Source of the DNA: Candidatus Hydrogenedentota bacterium
GTDB taxonomy: Bacteria; Hydrogenedentota; Hydrogenedentia; Hydrogenedentales; GCA-2746185
Reading direction: 5' to 3'
Assembly: GCA_046583315.1 (NCBI GenBank)
Contig: JAYGCN010000248.1
Coordinates: 1 to 41,372 of the forward strand
DNA: 41,372 bases
Position 1 is the stretch's first letter, and each line of letters starts with the position of its first letter. This document shows, one piece after another, positions 37,481-41,372 of the stretch. The notes beneath the pieces were generated by a model. That model searched no databases, was not told the DNA's origin, and saw only the letters and a program-made list of their open reading frames with translations. The position numbers were made by a program, and so were the translations under genes.

Positions 37481-38848
37481 TTACAGAGATTCGCGGACAT
37501 ATATTGGATTGGCGTAAATCCAGGTGCGCTGCTCGCCGTCGACTTCTAACCAAGCCTCCAGCCGATACACGCCCGGCTCCTTAATCTTGAAGCTAAAATC
37601 GCGGGTCTTGTCTTCTTCGATGACTTCCCCGTTGCGTAACAGGCGCACGTTGCAGGCCGCGGGAAACTGAGCCTTCAAGATTTGGCCTTTGGCGAAGGCG
37701 ATCTCGTCACCAACAATCGCTACGTTTTTTCCTTTTTGCTCGACCCATGCAAGAAATCCTTTCGGGTCACACAGCCAATCGTGACTGACGTAGGCGTGAC
37801 CACTGCGCACGGCCTCGCGCATGGACGTCTCAGTTTGTTCGCTTGCAAAAATATGGGTGCTTACGTTGTCAATGGCTATCGGGTAGGGATCGATATCGAG
37901 ACGCGCGAGGATGCCGCCAGGTGATTTCCCTTTCAACAATTCTGCTAGACCCGGATAGGTGTCCACAGAGAACTCCTGCATCTCATCGTCATCATCAACG
38001 TTGGTTCCGACGATGGCGGTCTTGTTGTCTTTCACTTTCATGATGAGCACGTTGTTGTGATGGCAATCGTTTGCCGCGATGCCGACCACTCGTTGCTTGA
38101 TGGACTCGGCATCCCACTTGTCCATGTAGACCTGTGGGTAATCCTGCTGTGATGCGAAAAATTCATCTGGATATTTTGCGATCAGATCCGAAAGAATCTG
38201 TGCCTCTCCAATTTTGGTCAATCGTTGCGCGACGTGGAGTAACAACATCATATCGTCCATCGCATCGTAATGACGGTTGTAGACTTCCATGCCCGTGAGG
38301 CCGTCCATGGCGTGATCGACTTTGTCTTCGACGTGAGAAAGGAACAGCATGCCACTCCCCGCGCCTACTTTGTCGATCAAGACCTGCTTATCACCGCTCA
38401 TCTCTTCAAAAACGGACTCATCTGGATGCACGAGAAATCCATGTGATTCGGATCCGGGAATAAACAACACACCTTCCTTGAGACCGCGCCAGCTGTCCAT
38501 GAAATCCCTCGGAGGACGAAAATGGTCGCTCAGAAAGACGACTTGTAATCCTGTTTCATGGGCACCTTTGAGCAATTCTTCCGGGGTGCCTCCGGTATGC
38601 GCTGAATCGCCCGCGTGCGTATGAAAAATGGCGCGAAAATCGCTCAACCCGAGGCTTTCGAGCTGTTTAGTCGTCTTGGGAGTCTGCTCTCGCTTATTCT
38701 GGATGGCTTGAACATCGGCATGCACCGCCTCAAGATGCGCTGGCTGTATGCGTTGGGCCGCCGTGTATTCACGACCGAGCGATTTTCCGGCCCAGGCCGA
38801 TTGAATGAGCAGAGCGGCGACAAAACATGAGAGAACAAGACGGTACAT
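37481..38848 (-). CDS. exported PHP-domain metallohydrolase
   Basis: Signal peptide; FHTH...SAH, SDH, PGSE, SH, MEVYN and ANDCH PHP metal ligands; C-terminal beta domain ending WIYANPIY. Confidence 0.82.
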   Translation of the reverse strand: MYRLVLSCFVAALLIQSAWAGKSLGREYTAAQRIQPAHLEAVHADVQAIQNKREQTPKTTKQLESLGLSDFRAIFHTHAGDSAHTGGTPEELLKGAHETGLQVVFLSDHFRPPRDFMDSWRGLKEGVLFIPGSESHGFLVHPDESVFEEMSGDKQVLIDKVGAGSGMLFLSHVEDKVDHAMDGLTGMEVYNRHYDAMDDMMLLLHVAQRLTKIGEAQILSDLIAKYPDEFFASQQDYPQVYMDKWDAESIKQRVVGIAANDCHHNNVLIMKVKDNKTAIVGTNVDDDDEMQEFSVDTYPGLAELLKGKSPGGILARLDIDPYPIAIDNVSTHIFASEQTETSMREAVRSGHAYVSHDWLCDPKGFLAWVEQKGKNVAIVGDEIAFAKGQILKAQFPAACNVRLLRNGEVIEEDKTRDFSFKIKEPGVYRLEAWLEVDGEQRTWIYANPIYVRESL

Positions 38849-38909
38849 TGAGATTTCCTTGACGGTTCGTGATTATCAACGATTCAGTATACGTGAGCCG
38901 ACGCACGTA

Positions 38910-41372
38910 TCAAAAGGAAACTTCCACTTCCAGCTCCGGCTGATCCTGAACCACAACAGGGGTCGTCGCCACTTGCATCGATGAAAAATTGACTCCATCA
39001 GGAGCTGCAGAATAGGCGACAATCAGCACCAGATACGAACCGTTTTCGATGCCTCCAACGGTACCAACACCGTTCGTAACCTGTGCCTGCCCCACCATTG
39101 CGGTGGTGAGCATTTGAAAGAAACCCATATCCAGCTTGGCGGGAACAACCGTGTCGCCCTGCAAGATCGCCGCAAAAACCACTTTATCGGCAGGCGGATT
39201 GGCAACTAGGCAATGAATCGTCGTGCCGCCATACATCTTCAGGTCGAGACGGATACTTTCGTTTTCGCCCAATTCTGCCGAGACGCTTTTTTGACGCTGT
39301 GTCGACCCTCCCCATGCACGCAGAGAAACCGTGCCGGCGGGTAGTGATTCAAAGAGGTAGTGTCCATCCCCAGAGACCTCCTGATAGCGGGACTCTGTGT
39401 TTCCGCCGGTGTTGATGCTAAGCGAGACGCGCCCGGAACTCGTCTCCGTCTCACTAATCATGATGTAGCCTTCCACGGACGACGTGGCAGACTCAAAAAT
39501 AAAATTCACCTCGGTGGTCATGCCCGTCGCGACTTCAATCTGCACGGACATGTTTCTATTCTCGCCACCACGACTGAGATTCGCCGATACGCTCCCGCGA
39601 CCTTCGGGAACGCCACCAATGCTATAGAACCCTGCATCATCCGTCGTGCCTCGAACGTCAAAGCCTCTTTGCCCGTCACTCCCGTCGAAAATATTTCCAT
39701 AGATCGACACGTTCGGTGCAGGTTTACCGTCCACCGTGACCACGCCTTCGATAGACGCTCCTTCGGTGAGGACAAACTGTATCTTATTAGTGCCCGATCC
39801 AATATTGACTGCCTGTGTATCAGGAGACAATCCTTTCAGGTAGGCAGAGATCGTCATTTCTCCTCTGGATAGGCCTCCCATTGTAAACTCTCCATCAAAA
39901 TTACTGCGGACTTTCACGCCACGATCTCGCTCCCACTCGTTTCGCGGTAAGGGGCCCTTGAATATTGAAACACCGGACAAACGGTTGCCCCGCTGATCCA
40001 CGACCACCCCGCTCACCGTGCTTTCGCCTTCCATCGAAATCAAGACATTGGAGACGGTGTCCCCGCTGTGCACGCCAGCTACAGGTATGGTGGTCTCTGC
40101 ATAGCCAGTTGCACGCACCATAATCGAGACTGATTGATTGGGATACGCCCCTTCTAGCGTGAATTCGCCATCTGCGTGGTGGTAGCGCTTGAACTGCTGT
40201 TCCATATGAGATTGAAATTGGCCGTTCACCAGAAGCAAATTGAAATCCGTGACCGGCTCGCCGTTTATACCGTCCACGATCGTTCCCGATATAGAACCGG
40301 TCCGCGTCATTACCACATTCGCGTTGCTCGACCCTGCATCGATTTGCTGGAGATTCTGGGGCGTATGTTTTTGTGATTGAAAGTTAAGCGTGTACATACC
40401 CGCTTCGATATTTTGAAGCACGTAGTTACCCTCGGGGCCTGAAGTACTCTGGATTTGACCGCCACCACCGCCTCCATAGGCGTACACGCGCGCGCCGCTG
40501 ATTGCGTTTCCCTGGTCATCCGTTACATTGCCCGAGATCTGATATGAGCCATCCCGTTCGTGCCAAACGATCCGGACCCCTTCCAGGTGTTGTCCGCGAG
40601 CGAGCGTCACGGTTTCAAGGGTGGGGTCATTGCTGGAATAACTGTTGTTCACCGACGGTTTAATGTAATACGTACCCGCCTTGAGCTGCTCCAACTCGAA
40701 TTCTCCCTGCGCGTTTGAGTCGTCAGAGCCGCCCCAGTCATTCGAATCTTTTTCGCGCGTGTAGAGGCTTACACTGGGTACCGGACGTCCAGATGCGTCA
40801 ACCACTACGCCGGAAATCTTCCCCTCGGGGTCCATCACGATTCGCACACCCGACACCGATTCATTTTCGATTTTCACCGACTCCAGTTCACGCGCGAATT
40901 CATTGGCGGAAACATTCAGTGATACCGTTGTATTCGGATTGAAGCCGTAAATGGAAAAGTTTCCAGACTCGTCAGACTGTCCCGAGTCGCGCGTATTACC
41001 GTTTTGTATGGATCCGTTAATCCATGCCTGATTGACGGGGTCGCCGCGCGTATCGACCACGGTGCCGCTGATCGAAATGCCCTGGCGAACGGGAAAATCC
41101 AGTCCCGCGAGTCGCTGCCCCAATGCCGTAACCACTTCCTTGCGATCTTCCCAGCGCATATCGCGCGGATAGTTTTTGATCTCCGAATATTCCACGCGAT
41201 AATTCCCCGCATGCATGCCTTGAATCAGGTAATACCCGTTCGCGTCCGTATTGGTTTCCTTGCGCTCGGCAACAGGGATGTTCTCAGGCCGCGCCGTGAT
41301 CGTAACGTTCGCAACTCCAAGATCGGTGTCCGAATCATAGACCCGTCCCGCGACCATCGCACCTATCTGTAC
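38910..41372 (-). CDS. large repeat protein with multiple carboxypeptidase-regulatory-like (prealbumin/CnaB-fold) domains; 5' partial
   Basis: About 90-aa units 'ISGxVVDxxGxPV...SDxxGxFxLxxLxxGxY' repeated about 8 times; frame open to the window end. Confidence 0.85.
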   Translation of the reverse strand, partial: VQIGAMVAGRVYDSDTDLGVANVTITARPENIPVAERKETNTDANGYYLIQGMHAGNYRVEYSEIKNYPRDMRWEDRKEVVTALGQRLAGLDFPVRQGISISGTVVDTRGDPVNQAWINGSIQNGNTRDSGQSDESGNFSIYGFNPNTTVSLNVSANEFARELESVKIENESVSGVRIVMDPEGKISGVVVDASGRPVPSVSLYTREKDSNDWGGSDDSNAQGEFELEQLKAGTYYIKPSVNNSYSSNDPTLETVTLARGQHLEGVRIVWHERDGSYQISGNVTDDQGNAISGARVYAYGGGGGGQIQSTSGPEGNYVLQNIEAGMYTLNFQSQKHTPQNLQQIDAGSSNANVVMTRTGSISGTIVDGINGEPVTDFNLLLVNGQFQSHMEQQFKRYHHADGEFTLEGAYPNQSVSIMVRATGYAETTIPVAGVHSGDTVSNVLISMEGESTVSGVVVDQRGNRLSGVSIFKGPLPRNEWERDRGVKVRSNFDGEFTMGGLSRGEMTISAYLKGLSPDTQAVNIGSGTNKIQFVLTEGASIEGVVTVDGKPAPNVSIYGNIFDGSDGQRGFDVRGTTDDAGFYSIGGVPEGRGSVSANLSRGGENRNMSVQIEVATGMTTEVNFIFESATSSVEGYIMISETETSSGRVSLSINTGGNTESRYQEVSGDGHYLFESLPAGTVSLRAWGGSTQRQKSVSAELGENESIRLDLKMYGGTTIHCLVANPPADKVVFAAILQGDTVVPAKLDMGFFQMLTTAMVGQAQVTNGVGTVGGIENGSYLVLIVAYSAAPDGVNFSSMQVATTPVVVQDQPELEVEVSF

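Overview
Bacterial chromosomal contig fragment from a diderm organism (pal, cpoB and T2SS present). The gene inventory suggests Hydrogenedentota or a PVC-like lineage, but this is inference. Nearly all genes are on the minus strand. From left to right: an Illumina adapter remnant (1-18); a type II secretion/pseudopilus operon (gspE-F-G-H-I-J-K and an L-like gene, truncated) directly downstream of an ECF sigma/ZAS anti-sigma pair; a GT2 glycosyltransferase resembling the eukaryotic queuosine-tRNA galactosyltransferase, next to a hypothetical gene; a DUF2147 protein; an exported glutathione peroxidase; and the conserved tRNA-Leu-tig-clpP-clpX-lon-engB block. Next comes a tightly packed run of histidine phosphatase, old yellow enzyme, two exported cytochrome c/copper type II monooxygenase fusions, a CocE/NonD hydrolase and a PQQ dehydrogenase. 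The right part holds an ABM protein, a decayed S74-like tail-chaperone remnant, archaeal-type purO with purB and a DAGK-family kinase, a eukaryote-type UDP-GlcNAc pyrophosphorylase with a DUF1573 lipoprotein and a BadF-type sugar kinase, cpoB-pal, yfiT, a small leaderless ORF, an exported PHP hydrolase and a partial repeat surface protein. The best candidates for an undescribed system are the periplasmic PQQ dehydrogenase/heme c/copper monooxygenase module and the QTGAL-like glycosyltransferase. No CRISPR array, rRNA or intact mobile element was seen.
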